The notes beneath the pieces are model-generated. The model saw nothing but the letters and a program-made list of their open reading frames with translations, searched no databases and was not told the origin of the DNA. A DNA stretch of 42,805 bases from positions 1-42,805 of the forward strand of contig NW_021834997.1 of assembly GCF_006345805.1 (NCBI RefSeq), read 5' to 3'. Below are positions 21,803 through 34,802 of this stretch, piece after piece. Origin of the DNA: Octopus sinensis (Eukaryota). The translations under genes and the position numbers were made by a program. The stretch's first letter is position 1; each line of letters starts with the position of its first letter.

Positions 21803-22190
21803 CTATCTATCTATCTGCTCAGTCGAAGTCGACTCTCGGTCACTCGTTGGATCAGTGTCCTCCAGTCAGTTCTATCCTGGGCCGTTTCTTTCAGATTGGT
21901 TATTGTCCATTCCGGTATCACTCTTGATGGTGTCAAGCCTGTGGGTTCTTGGTCGGCCTTTTCCTCTCTTGCCACTGACCATTCCGAGCATGATGTCCTT
22001 CTCCAGGGATTTTCTCCACATAATATGACCAAAATATGCCAATCTATGCTTGGTGATCCTAGCTTCTAGCGACATTTTCGGCTTGATCTGCTTAAGAACT
22101 TCTCCATTGGTGAGCCTCACTGTCCATGGAATCCGTAAAAGTCTTCTCCAACACCAAATTGTTTCAAAACTGATCTGGTTTGCTCGTTTT
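21803..22190 (-). mobile_element. BovB-type RTE LINE 3' fragment in SNF8 intron 7
   Basis: FETIWCWRRLLRIPWTVRLTNGEVLKQIKPKMSLEARITKHRLAYFGHIM...; (GATA)n tail. Confidence 0.88.
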
Positions 22191-22276
22191 GGGGTCAGTT
22201 GTGTACGTAAGCATATATGTGTGTATATGTGTGTGTGTATAGATCTATACATATGTCTTTTCTTTCTCTTTTACAG

Positions 22277-22372
22277 GAGTACATGGTGAAAGAAGGCTTG
22301 GCCTGGGTTGATGACCAAGCAAAGGATGAACGCCACTACTGGTTCCCCACCCTTTGTCCAGACTCACTCTAA
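22277..22372 (+). CDS. SNF8: SNF8 coding exon 8 (terminal)
   Basis: TTACAG acceptor; EYMVKEGLAWVDDQAKDERHYWFPTLCPDSL*; spliced CDS with one exon 4 is 735 nt = 244 aa + stop. Confidence 0.95.
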   Translation, partial: EYMVKEGLAWVDDQAKDERHYWFPTLCPDSL

Positions 22373-22483
22373 CAACTCTCTCTCTCTCTTTCCCTCTCTT
22401 TCAGCGTGCCACCTTCTTTTCTTCTTTATTCTCGTCTCCTCTTCTCTTTCTCTATTTATGATCTGTGCATGATATATATATGT

Positions 22484-22517
<34 letters not shown>

Positions 22518-24544
22518 ATATATACGTGTTTGTGTGTGTATATATATATATGTATGTGTATATATATATATATATATATGCATGTATATATATATGTATA
22601 TATATGTATGTATGTATATATATACATACACACACACATATATATATACATATATGTATATAGGTCTGTATATATATATATGTATATAGATATATATATG
22701 TGTGTGTGTGTATGTATATATATAAAGCTTTGTTTTGCAATCTTAGGGTTTTTTCGGTTTGGTTTTGCCTCATGGCATCTTGGGTCGGTGGTCGTCCACT
22801 GTATGTAACTCCAGGCTGACCTATGCCTTATGCAGAAACTGTATGGAAGCCTGGTGTGCATGAGTTTGTGTGTGGTTTCATGTTGACACTGCTGGGGGTA
22901 AAAAAAAGGGGATAAAAAAAACAATGTTTTTGTTTCTCTCCTGTGACTTAGCATCTTGACAAATGGAGATCTATAAAACCAAAATTCAAAAATAAGTGTT
23001 TGGATTGGTATGGTTCACTGCATTACACTGCATGGTTGGATGGTTGTTGTCTAATGACTGAAATCAATACAGGAGTATGTGTGTGTGTGTGTGTGTGTGT
23101 GTAAATATCTATGTTCACCTCATCCCAGGAAGACCTGGGATGAGGTGGTGAAGCACGACCTTTGAGCATTGGGCCTTACCGAGGCAATGACTAGTGACCG
23201 AGAACTTTGGAGATATGCTGTGCTTGAGAAGGCCCGACAAGCCAAGTGAGACCATAGCCCATGGCCTATACTAGTGGGTGTACGATATTTCAAAGCATCA
23301 AAGGCAGCGAACTGGCAGAAACGTTAGCACGCGGGGCGAAATGCTTAGCGGAATTTCGTCTGCCATTACGTTCTGAGTTCAAATTCCGCTGAGGTCGACT
23401 TTGCCTTTCATCCTTCGGGGTCGATCAATTAAGTACCAGTTACGCACTGGGGTCGATGTAATTGACTTAATCCGTTTGTCTGTCCTTGTCTGCCCCCTCT
23501 ATGTTTAGCCCCTTGTGGGTAGTAAAGAAACAGATATTTCAAAGCTTGTTGCCGATATATCAATTACAATCCCATCGTGCTCTTCATCATGTCTGATAAT
23601 AACAATAATAATAATAAGCGCAGGAGTGGCTGTGCGGTAAGTAGCTTGCTTACCAACAACATGGTTCTGGGTTCAGTCCCACTGCGTGGCATCTTGGGCA
23701 AGTGTCTTCTACTATAGCCTCGGGCTGCCCAAAGCCTTGTGAGTGGATTTGGTAGACGGAAACTGAAAGAAGCCCGTCGTATATATGTATATGTATATAT
23801 ATATGTATGTGTGTGTTTGTGTGTCTGTGTTTGTCCCCCTAGCATTGCTTGACAACCGATGCTGGTGTGTTTATGTCCCCGTAACTTAGCGGTTTGGCAA
23901 AAGAGACCGATAGAATAAGTACTGGGCTTACAAAAAGAATAAGTCCTGGGGTCGATTTGCTCGACTAAAAGGCGGTGCTCCAGCATGGCCGCAGTCAAAT
24001 GGCTGAAACAAGTAAAAGAGAGTAGTAATAATAATAATCCTTTCCACTAAAGGCACACGGCCTGAAATTGTTGGGGAGGGGGCCAATTGATTAAATTGAC
24101 CCCTACTGCAAAAATTGTAACAGTTTCAAATTTAGGTACCAGGCCTGAAATTTTTTAGTGGGGTGGCGGTGGGTGTAAGTCGATCACATCGACCCCAGTA
24201 CCCAGCTGGTATTTATTTTATTGGCTTTGAAAGGCCAAGTCAACCTCGGCAGAACACACACACCGTACATATTGGGAGGTGGAGCGGGTTGGGGGAGGTC
24301 CACATGTCGCGTGAATGTGTCGTGTGTTTGCAGGCTTCTCTCTGTTTCCCTTTTTGACTCTCTCTCTCTTTCGCAGCCTCACTTCTCCTCCTCCCTCTCT
24401 CACTCTCTCTATTTCTCCCACTCCCTCCCTCTCTCTCTTTCTCTTCCCCCCTCCCCCCGCTACTATTCAATCTCAACAAATAAATTTATTTTTCATAGTT
24501 TCTGCTTTTTAATGTTGTCTTAATTTCTCTTATTTTTGTTATCC

Positions 24545-24714
24545 TTGTCATCATCATCACCACCACCATCATCATCATCATCATTCGTCATCATCACCAT
24601 CATCGTTATCATCATCATTATCGTCACATCATCATCACCATCACCATCATCGTTATCGTCATTATCATCATCATCATCATCACCACCATCATCATCATCA
24701 TCATCATCACCATC

Positions 24715-24754
<40 letters not shown>

Positions 24755-24880
24755 CCATCATCATCATTGTCATTATCACCATTCATCATCACCACCATCA
24801 TCGTTATCGTCATTATTATCATCATCACCATCATCATCTACATCAGCAAAATTATCCCCACTACCATCACCGTCATCATC
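24545..24880. repeat. (CAT/CAC)n trinucleotide tract
   Basis: Direct reading. Confidence 0.95.
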
Positions 24881-26397
24881 ACTACAACCATTGGTTTAGG
24901 TCATGGTTGGAATCCTTCTAATTATAGATCTGCTGGTCAGGGCTGACTCGGTGCTAAACAACAACTATAGCCACAAACACCAGCTTGATACGCTAGTAAT
25001 AGCAGCTGAATCACATCCCTAAGGGGGAGGGACATTAGACAATGTCATCTGTGATATATATATCTGAATACAAGATGGGATGGTCAAGAGTGGAACGTCT
25101 TTGATCATAGGTCTGATGGATGAAGAATGGCCTGGGGGCTAAACAAGGGACCATTCATGTGGTCATTCAATATGCTGGAAATAGCAGCTAAATCACACCC
25201 TCCTCTCTGAAAAACATTGGAACATTGGATAATGTAGTCCTAGCTGCACTGTGCCTTTGGTCATTGGTCTGGTGGATTGGCGATAGCTGGGGACTAAATC
25301 ACAAGGGAACCTCTATGAAGTCAGGCAGAAATAAGTCGGGGTGGCTGGAGTTAGGAAGGGCATCCAGGTCAGATTGGAGTCTGGTGCAGCCTTCTGGTTC
25401 GCCAGCCCTCAGTCAAACCATCCAACCCATGCTGGCATGGAAAACGGACGTTAAACGATGATGAAGTATTATAACAACCAAAAATACAAATAGCTTTTCT
25501 TCAATGAATATAGTATGTTGTTGACAATATCGGTTCAAAGTTATTATCCATTCAGAGGGAGCTGACAGAACCGTTAGCACGACGGGCGAAATGCTTTGTG
25601 GTATTTCGTCTGTCTTTACGTGCCGAGGTCGACTTTGCCTTTCATCCTTTAATCGACTTAATACCTTTGTCTGTCCTTGTTTGTCCCCTCTGTGTTTAGC
25701 CCCTTGTAGATAGAAAAGAAACAGGTATTTCATCTATCTTTATGTTCTGAGTTCAAATTCCACCGAGGTCGACTTTGCCTTTCATCTTTTCGGGGTCGAT
25801 AAATTAAGTACCAGTTACGAACTGGGGTCGATATAATCGACTTAATCCCTTTGTCCGTCCTTGTTTGTCCTCTCTGTGTTTAGCCCCTTGTGGGTATTAA
25901 AGAAATAGGTATTTCGTCTGTTGTTACGTTCTGAGTTCAGATTCCACCTAGACTGACTTTGCCTTTTATCCTTTCGGGGCGATAAATTAAGTACCAGTTA
26001 CGCACTGGGGTCGATGTAATCGACTTAATCCGTCTGTCTGTCCTTGTTTGTCCCCTCTGCGTGTAGCCCCTTGTGGGCAGTAAAGAAATAAGAAACTTTT
26101 GCATGCTGGGCAAAATGCTTAGCGGTATTTCATCTCTCTTTATATTCTGAGTTCAAATTCCGCCGAGGTCGACTTTGCCTTTTGTTCTTTCGTGGTCGAT
26201 AAATTGAGTACCAGTTGCATACTGAGGTTGATCTAATCGACTGGCCCCCCTCCCCACAAATTTCGGGCGTTGCGCCTAGAGCAGAAAAGATTATTTTACC
26301 TTACTGGTAAAAACCGAAACATTGTCTATAAGAATGTTCTTAGCATCAAACAAACTTGCAGAATAAATTATAACTTTGAACCGACATCGTCAATGCC

Positions 26398-26781
26398 TGG
26401 AAGCACTCCGTCGGTTACGACGATGAGGGTTCCGGTTGATCCGAATCAACGGAACAGCCTGCTCGTGAAATTAACGTGTAAGTGGCTGAGTACTCCACAT
26501 ACACGTGTACCGTTAACGTAGTTCTCGGGGATATTCAGCATGACACAGAGAGTGACAAGGCCGGCCCTTTTGAAATACAGGTACAACAGAAACAGGAAGT
26601 AGGAGTGAGAGAAAGTTGTGGTGAAAGAGTACAGCAGGGATCACCACCATCCCCTGCCGGAGCCTCGTGGAGCTTTTAGGTGTTTTCGCTCAATAAACAC
26701 TCACAACGCCCGGTCTGGGAATCGAAACCGCGATCCTATGACCGCGAGTCCGCTGCTCTAACCACTGGGTCATTGCGCCTC
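26398..26781 (-). mobile_element. tRNA-derived SINE family C with 13-bp TSD
   Basis: TSD CATCGTCAATGCC (26385-26397 / 26782-26794). Other copies: 3723-4094+, 2484-2704-, 36327-36610+, 42625-42805-. Confidence 0.88.
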
Positions 26782-28487
26782 CATCGTCAATGCCGTACCA
26801 TATTCCTGTAAGAAAATTTATTTCCATCTTTGCTTCTTGTACAAGAAATTAGGTTTTAAGTTTTCTCCGAAATTTTAGTTAGTTATCTCCCTTTGACGGG
26901 TTATTTTATTTATTTATTTATTTATTTGTAAGACGTGGGATATAGAACTATGTGCAACATTTTGGAAAAGGGCCCGTATCTCCTTTAGGGGCATACCTAG
27001 AGGCTCGGGACCACTTTCATTGTCTTCCTCGGGAAATTTTACACAAGAATTAACTTTTAGTTTTTATTTAGAAGCTTCAGTCTTTCTATAAATCTACACA
27101 CATAGGCGTAGGAGTGGCTGTGTGGTAAGTAGCTTGCTGTAGGAATTTTTGTTGTAAAAATTTTTGTAAAGAATTTTTATTATAAAGAAACTTTGTATTG
27201 GAGGGGTTATTGGTCAGCGGGCGCCAGTGCCCCTCCCATTTTCGTTCATCATTATCATCCCCACCACATTAATGTTTTTTGTCCAGCCCGCAGCTACTCT
27301 GTATACTGCCCTTAGTGGCAAATTCATTGAAATAGAGTAGCTTGCTTACGAACTGCATGGTTCCGGGTTCAGTCCCATTGCGTGGCACCTTGGGCAAGTC
27401 TCTTCTACTCTAGCACTGGGCCGACCAAAGCCTTGTGAGTGGATATGGTAGACGGAAACTGAAAGAAGCCCGTCGTATATATATGTGTGTGTCTGTGTTT
27501 GTCCCCAAAACATCGCTTGACAACCGATGCTGGTGTGTTCACGTCCCCGTAACTTCAACTGAATTGAAGTTAACGGATTTTATAGTTTTGGCACTTTTTA
27601 AATGTGTTTTTAGAACAAAAACTGATTTTTTTGTTTTTTATTTCTATAATTAAAAATAATCGTTAATCGTTTATCGATAACTTCCGTTACATTTTTAAAG
27701 AATTAACCGATTAACGGTTATCGAAGTGACTTGTTGGTTAACAGATTAACGAAGTTAACTTTTCGATTAACGGTTCCCACCTTTGCCTTATATGGATTGA
27801 TGGACGTGTGTGTGTGTGTGGCCGCCACCACTGCTTGACAACCGGTCTTAGTGTGTTTATATTCGTAACTTAGCGGTTCGGCAAAAGAGACGATAGAATG
27901 AGGAGCAAGCTTTAAAAAGGAAGATACTGGGGGTCGTCGATTCGTTCGACTAAAATTCTTCGAGGTGGTGCCCCAGCATGGCCGCAGTCGGGTGGCTGAA
28001 ACCAGTAAGAGTAAGCGACTAACCTCGGTGAAATTGTGGTGGAATCTTTGACGATGGGTGTTGGTTTGTTTACGTCCTGGGAAAATGCGGTCAACTCGAA
28101 AATCAATGATTGAGTTCGAAAGAGAATCGAACGATGCAAAGAAGAACAAAGACGAAGGATTCACTGAAAAAAGAAGTACCAAAAAAAAAAAAAAAGGGAA
28201 GGAAAAAGAGGGGAGGCAGAAACGTGGCTTCCCAACCACATGGTTCCGGGTTCAGTCCCACTGCGTGGCATCTTGGGCAAGTGTCTTCTACTATAGCCTC
28301 GGGCCAACCAAAGCCTTGTGAGTGGATTTGGTAGACGGAAACTGAAAGAAGACCGTCATGTGTGTGTATGTGTGTAGGGTGTTTAAAGTGGTGTACAGAT
28401 ATTGTATATTAAGGAAAAAAAGGAGGGGTCAGAAATTTTGGATAATTCTTTATAAGCGCTTTCGTTCGTTTAACCGTTCAGTTAAAC

Positions 28488-28810
28488 CAGAGGTTCTCAA
28501 ACATAATGGGCCACCGCCCTCCCCCTTGGCCACATAATACCCCCAGCGCCCCACCCCTATTTTTATGAATAAATAAATATCTTAGGTTTTACTAATTTAT
28601 ATACACTACGAATCATTTGATATTTAATGTAATATTATACAATTTGTATACAATACTATAATAATATAATATATTCATAGCGTCCCCCAATCCTTTGCCT
28701 TCCTCCCCAATTCCTCCTTTTTCTCTACCGTCCCCCTTAGGTACCAACGCCCCCCTGGACCGTCTCAAGGCCCATGGGGAGGGGGGTAGCACCCACTTTG
28801 AGAACCTCTG
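28488..28810. mobile_element. hAT (Charlie-like) MITE
   Basis: Perfect 14-bp TIR CAGAGGTTCTCAAA; 8-bp TSD AGTTAAAC/GGTTAAAC (7/8). Confidence 0.85.
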
Positions 28811-29116
28811 GGTTAAACGAACAAAGGCTCTCCTTAAAAATTATCCAAAATTCTGACTGCCACCCCTCTCTCTCTATATATATATATATTTCTTTACTAC
28901 CCACAAGGGGCTAACCACAGAGAGGACAAACAAGGACAGACAAACGAATTAAGTCGGTTATATCGACTCCAGTATGTAAATGGTACTTATTTAATCGACC
29001 CCGAAAGGATGAAAGGCAAAGTCGACCTCAGCGGAATTTGAACTCAGAACGTAGCGGCAGACGAAATACAGCTACGCATTTCGCCCGGCGTGCTAACGTT
29101 TCTGCCAGCTCGTCGC

Positions 29117-29154
<38 letters not shown>

Positions 29155-29157
29155 CTA

Positions 29158-29212
<55 letters not shown>

Positions 29213-29732
29213 AAATCAAATTGCGATAAAATAAAAATAATTATAATCGCTGGTATTACTAACACAAGCCATATATTTTTCATATATCAGTACATATGTG
29301 TGTGTGTGTGTGTCTTTATGTCTGTGTTTGTTCCCCCACTACCACCACCGCTTGACAACCAATGTTGGTTTGTTTACTTCCCCGTTACTTAACGGTTTGG
29401 CATAAAAGATAATAATAATAATAATAATAATAAGTTTCGTTTTCGGATTTGGTTTGCAAATAAAAAGGCACAAAAAGAAAATGACTCTCCCCAGACACAA
29501 CAGAATAATAATGTAGTCCTAGCTGCACTATGCCTTTGACCATTGGTCTGATGGATTGGAGATAGCTGGGGACCAAATCACAAGGGAACCTCTATGAAGT
29601 CAGGCAATATGTTAGAAATAGCAGCTAAATTTCTCCTAAAGCATATACAACTGTCTTTTGAAAAGGAAGAACACAGTAGATAACGTAGTTCTAATTAGCC
29701 GAAGTCTTTGGCCATGGGTCGGCATGATCTGA

Positions 29733-30130
29733 GCTCTCTGAACAATATGCTAGAAACAAACAATAACTCTGAGCACCTCTTCAAACTCCACCCGTCTAAC
29801 ACCCGTGGACATATTTACAAAGTAAGAAAACAGCACAGCTCCAATGAATTTCAGAAACATTTTTTCACGCTAAGAGTTGCTGAAGTATGGAACAAACTGC
29901 CGGCATCGGTTGTTAGTTGTCGGAACACTGCATCCTTCAAAACTTCCATGCTTCCTGAGATTCGCCAACACTACACCTGATCTTTCTCCCCTCCATACAC
30001 ACGCAAGCATGTATCTGACTCATACATTGTTCGCTTTCCAGACATTTTTACATTACTGCAGATGCTTTATACGCACTTTTGACAAGTTATGGTGCACCTG
30101 AGCACTGTATACAATAATTTCATTATTATA
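29733..30130 (+). mobile_element. CR1-clade LINE 3' end
   Basis: LFKLHPSNTRGHIYKVRKQ...FFTLRVAEVWNKLPASVV...HYT*; (ATT)n tail. Confidence 0.85.
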
Positions 30131-30779
30131 TTATTTTAAATAGGAACCAACTAATAAGAATAAAGCCCCAGTTTTTTTTTTTTTTAAAAGGACCTGGGTC
30201 CATTTGTTTGACCAAAAACCCTTCAAAAGTATAAAACAAAGTAAACGGCGCAATATAGAAAGCAGAGAGAGAGAAACAAGAAGAAAAAGGGCAGAAAAAA
30301 TACGCGGTCATCGCGGTCAACGTAGACAAGGCCAAAATGATGTCACAACTGGCTTCTTGTATGTGGTTGTTGCAATGTCTGCTTATACGTCGCCCTTGAG
30401 GCAAATAACAAAGAAAATATGAACCTGTTGTTGTTGCTTTTACTTCGTTTTCACTCGATGAGGCTTCCCCGATTTATATATATATTTTTTTTTTGTGTAT
30501 CTCATCATTGTACTGTCCTAACTTCTTGGGCCCTTGTGGTCAATAAAGAAAAGATTATAAAGGTCATCATCATCATCATCATCAATGTATCATTAACAGC
30601 AAATAGAAAAATTGTTGTTGTTGTTATTATTATTATTATTATTATTATATTATTATTATTAATATTATTATTATTTTTATCATCATCATCGTCGTCATCA
30701 ACGTCACCGCTGTCATCACCACAACTGCCGTCGTTGTCATATTTTCTGCAATTACTGGGGGAGGGGTCTCCGTGTTTCC

Positions 30780-31508
30780 TTATTTGGATTCTTCATGGAA
30801 AGATATGTCGGATTGTGTTCGGCTTCCCGGTTGGATCGGGTCTCTCCAGATTTTCTTCTGCTCACTATCACCTTTCGATGTGAGCATGGCCTCCAAGTAA
30901 GTGCCGGTGGTCAGGTCTGAGCAATCGTCGTTCATTTTCAAGTCCTGCTTCAGTTTCCTCAGGCGCACAGTGCTGTAGTCGTTCACCGAAACCGTCCACT
31001 CGTGTTGGAAGTTGTCCACGGTGGTCCTCACCGGTTTCTCGACGATGTCGAAGAAGGTCCCCTCCGTCAAGTTGTTTCCGTACGAAATCCGGCCGTCCTG
31101 GTCGCTCGTGTCCAGCATCCGCAGCTCCATCTCCTTCAGCATGTTCGCGCGAAACTGCTCCTCCGTCATCTTGGGCGCCCCAGGAGGGGAGCGTTGCAGC
31201 AACGATGGCCGTCTCGTTGCCGGGGACGGCGGAGGCGGCGGCGGCGGGGCTGCTGCTGCAGCCTTGCCGTGCAAAGGTTTTGAGGGCGGGAAAAAGCGAA
31301 GATGGTCGAGGGTAGCCGGGTTTTTACTACTATCCAATATGGTGCCGAGAATCAGTTCCGAACCCCAGAGAGTGTCCTTCGGCATTGGATATCGCAAAGC
31401 GTGCGTTCTTTCCCATTGGCTAAAATCTCCAGCAACATCGATGATTTCGCCATTATCCTCGTCTTCAGAAAATTCCAACTTTGCGATGGCCCTTTGCATT
31501 GTCATCAT
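30780..31508 (-). CDS. Uninterrupted ORF (~242 aa from first ATG), unknown protein with CBM48/AMPK-beta-like N-terminal motif and Pro/Ala linker
   Basis: GC-rich, non-repetitive, codon-like ORF in AT-rich surroundings; ATGs at 31508, 31505 and 31499; IIDVAGDFSQW resembles the V.V.GxFxxW motif; no TE motifs recognised. Confidence 0.65.
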   Translation of the reverse strand: MMTMQRAIAKLEFSEDEDNGEIIDVAGDFSQWERTHALRYPMPKDTLWGSELILGTILDSSKNPATLDHLRFFPPSKPLHGKAAAAAPPPPPPPSPATRRPSLLQRSPPGAPKMTEEQFRANMLKEMELRMLDTSDQDGRISYGNNLTEGTFFDIVEKPVRTTVDNFQHEWTVSVNDYSTVRLRKLKQDLKMNDDCSDLTTGTYLEAMLTSKGDSEQKKIWRDPIQPGSRTQSDISFHEESK

Positions 31509-32084
31509 CTCAACACTCCCGATTATAAAGGGTTTTTGCTTTCTTTTGTTATAAATATTCTGGTTTCCTTTCTCTTTGAGAAAATGGAATCGTAAGAAAG
31601 GAAATCTCTTTTCGCTTTTTCCCCGTTTGTTTTCGATTTGTTGTTTTTTTTGTTGTTTTTCTTTGTTTTTGTTTTTCAAATATTAGAAAAGTTCAGCGTT
31701 GCTGAGACCGCTTCTTAGAACGCCATCTGATGGTTTGCAAATGAATTGTTTGATGTCAGATACTCATTCATTGGCGGAATCTGTAGAGCGTTGGACAAAG
31801 ATATTTTTTTTTTTGTGGCGTTGAGTTACGTTCTGAGTTCAAATCCCGCTGAAGCCGACTTCAGTTTTTCAACCTTTCAGACTTCACAACAAAAACAACA
31901 AAAAAATGTCAGTCGAATACTGGAATCTGTCTCGCAGACATTTTTTTTTTTTTTTTGGTCATCAAAATTTGTGTCTTTATGGCTTACGTTAGCAGCAATT
32001 TCTAATTTCTGTATCAATGAAAACGCAAAATCGGTGGAGCGTTGACAAAAGCAGATTGAGTGCCAGTTTGGAGTGTGGTAAACC

Positions 32085-32265
32085 AACCCTTGACTTAAAC
32101 TCTTATCCCAAATCCTTACCTCAACTCTATCACAAAACCCTAATTCTAATCCTAATCTTAAACTCTAACCCTAATCCTAAGCACAAATTCTAACCTAGTC
32201 CTAAACTATAACCCTAATCCTAAGCCCAAATTCTAACCGCGTCCTATAACCCTAATTCTAACCCA
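32085..32265. repeat. Degenerate telomere-like (CCCTAA)n tract
   Basis: AACCCTAATCCTAAG-type 6-mers with a ~40-bp higher-order unit. Confidence 0.7.
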
Positions 32266-32290
32266 GGTCAGGTCATTTTACAGCCTAGAC

Positions 32291-32491
32291 CAGTGCTTTT
32301 CAAACTTATTGCTGGAGCGGAACCCCAAGGAAACATTCCACTGGCTCGAGGAACCCCTGTGCAATAATTTAATAGTTTTATGCACACATATCTGCACAGG
32401 AGAATTAAAAATTACTGCCGATTTCAGCAGTTTTGTAACTTCTTGCGGAACCCCAGGACTGTACTGGCGGAACCCTGGTTGAAAACCACTG
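32291..32491. mobile_element. hAT (Charlie-like) MITE
   Basis: TIR CAGTG(C/G)TTTTCAA; 8-bp TSD GCCTAGAC/ACCTAGAC (7/8). Confidence 0.85.
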
Positions 32492-32779
32492 ACCTAGACT
32501 GCGGATACTGTGATAGACCGTACGCTAAAGTAGACCCGCAAATTGTCTCCTTAATCAACGTCTCCCTCCGTTCAAAGCTCAGTCCCTCCGTGTTCAAATC
32601 TCCCAGGCATCAACTTGCCTCTCATGCTTTCGGGGTCGATGAAATACAGTAACAGTCAAGTACAAAGTCAATCTAATTAGATCGGGACAGTCACTTGAAT
32701 TTCATTTCCTCCTCACTCACGAAGTTAATCCCGTTATTGAAATAGGTTATCTGTATTCTGCTGCCCGAAAGAGATGGAT

Positions 32780-34305
32780 CCCTTCAGATGTTATGTCAGG
32801 TGACTTTCGAGTGCTACTGGTAACATGTAACCCAGTACAACCTGTTGCATGGTCAAGTCGTCGGCGACTAAACCGGCAACCCCACCAAGCTTGCTTGGTG
32901 AGGAGGGTGTTTATTGGACACCCTTCCGGATGAAAAACAAAACCCGTGAAACTCTTGAGAGTCAACTAACATCCAATAAATGTCTTAAGGCTGAATCATG
33001 CGCAGAGACATAGGAATAATCGGACTGAATACCCGATCGCGCGGTTAAACCATTGGGAGTGAAGGACTCCTAGCCTTTGTTAGGGCATCCTTCTAGGAGA
33101 AGGTAACTCAGGTAACTGGGATAACTCTGACATAAAACCTGCGGCTCAGTGGTTACCGATGATGTTGACTTGTTCTTCTTTTCGGATTATGGCTGCTGTT
33201 GCTTAGTGAGTGGGATTGACTCAGTGCACAGCCTTTCCTCACTTTAAAAAAATATCTTCTTGCACAGGCATTGCACGATAACAACATTGATTAAGCTTCG
33301 TGCAATGGCCATACTCGATAACGAGGGGGCAGCCACCATGTATGTATGTATGTATGGATGGATGGATGGATGGATGTCTAAGTATGTATGTATGTATATC
33401 TAAGTATGTATGTATGTATGTATGTATGTATTCGGTGTGCGTACAAATCAGCATGGTTTATGTGCAGGTCTATAAACGGTAAAAAAACTATTTTTTTGTG
33501 TTACGCAGTCGTAGGGTAGCGATGCAGGAATGTCCTTTGCAGGGTGCAAATTTGGGTAAGGTTTGTATAGGGGAGCAGCAGTTGCGAATATAACAGATCT
33601 CCTCTCTCCATGCCACTGAGGTTGTCCAAGGAAAAGGGCAAAGAAGAGGACAATTTGGTAAAAGTCTTGTCGCAAAAACTATAAAAAATGTTGGAAACAA
33701 TGTTGGATTGTCTTAAGGAATCAGCTCTGGATCTTCCCTCACAGTTTCCTCCCGGAGCCTTTGCAATGGGTGAGCATCGCTACAAAATAGCACAGGTTTG
33801 AAGTCAGACATTGCATTCTCTTAAATAAACTACCTTGTCTAGCTGACGAGTTTTATCTACCCGAAGCACTGGTTTTAAGGCGCCAGTACTTACCCGTCTT
33901 TGCCCTTTTTTCTCTCAGTACAAACAATTACGGCGGATTTAGAGGCTAAGTCACTTGAGAAGGCCTGGTGGTGGACTGAGTTATCGTAGGTTGTCGGAGA
34001 CGCTGCCACGGGATGCATTTCTTCACAGTGGGAGCTTATCACCACTCACATTCGTCGGTTTAACTATCTTTGGTAGCTTTACCATCGTTAACTGCGAGCT
34101 GGAGGCAGTCCACACCTCAGCTCTATCATGACGGTCAGCCTCGCACTACAGACTGAGCTCAACAGACGTATAGAACGAGCAGCGTAAAATTCTGGCTAGA
34201 TTGACACCAAGTCTGGGAGAACAGTAAGCAAACGGTACACACGAAGGTCGTAGTCAACAAGGCTGAGTAGTGATGGGAAACAATGAAATCGATGACCCTC
34301 CATCA
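32780..34305 (+). mobile_element. Heavily decayed RTE-like LINE remnants (5' UTR-like and RT fragments)
   Basis: Degenerate ELNRRIERA...KVWEN frame near 34155-34260; upstream segments RTE-5'-like only by resemblance. Confidence 0.3.
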
Positions 34306-34309
34306 GGCA

Positions 34310-34786
34310 GTTGCCATATTCTGAACGCCTTACTTCTCTGGGCATGGATACATTGAAACCCCGACGTCTGGCAGTTGACTTGGTAGACACCCATAAAAGT
34401 ATCGACCATCTTGCTAACAATAACTCTGAGCACCTTTTCAAACTCCACCCGTCTAACACCCGTGGACATGTTTACAATGTAAGAAAACAGCACAGCTCCT
34501 TCCATGACTTTAGGAAACATTTCTTCACACTAAGAGTTGCTGAAGCATGGAACAAACTGCTGGCATCAGTTGTTAGTTGTCGGAGCACTGCATCCTTCAA
34601 AACTTCCATGCTTTCTGAGATTCGCCAACACTACACCTGATCTTTCTCCCCTCCGTACACACATAAGCATGTATCTGACTAATACACTGTTCACTTCCCA
34701 GACATTTGTACATTACTGCATATGCTTTATACGCACTTTTGACAAGTTGTGGTGCACCTGAGCACTGTATACAATAATTTCATTAT
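34310..34786 (+). mobile_element. CR1-clade LINE 3' end (same family as 29733-30130)
   Basis: LPYSERLTSLGMDTLKPRRLAVDL...NTRGH...FFTLRVAEAWNKL. Confidence 0.88.
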
Positions 34787-34802
34787 ATATATATATATAT
34801 AT

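Noticed and set aside
31440-31470. CTGAAGA...GAAA on the minus strand inside the orphan ORF
   Set aside because: No stem II or stem I; explained by codons (SEDEDNGEI)
31509-31679. Lys-rich N-terminal extension of the 299-aa track ORF
   Set aside because: Starts at TTG in A-rich low-complexity sequence; more likely 5' UTR
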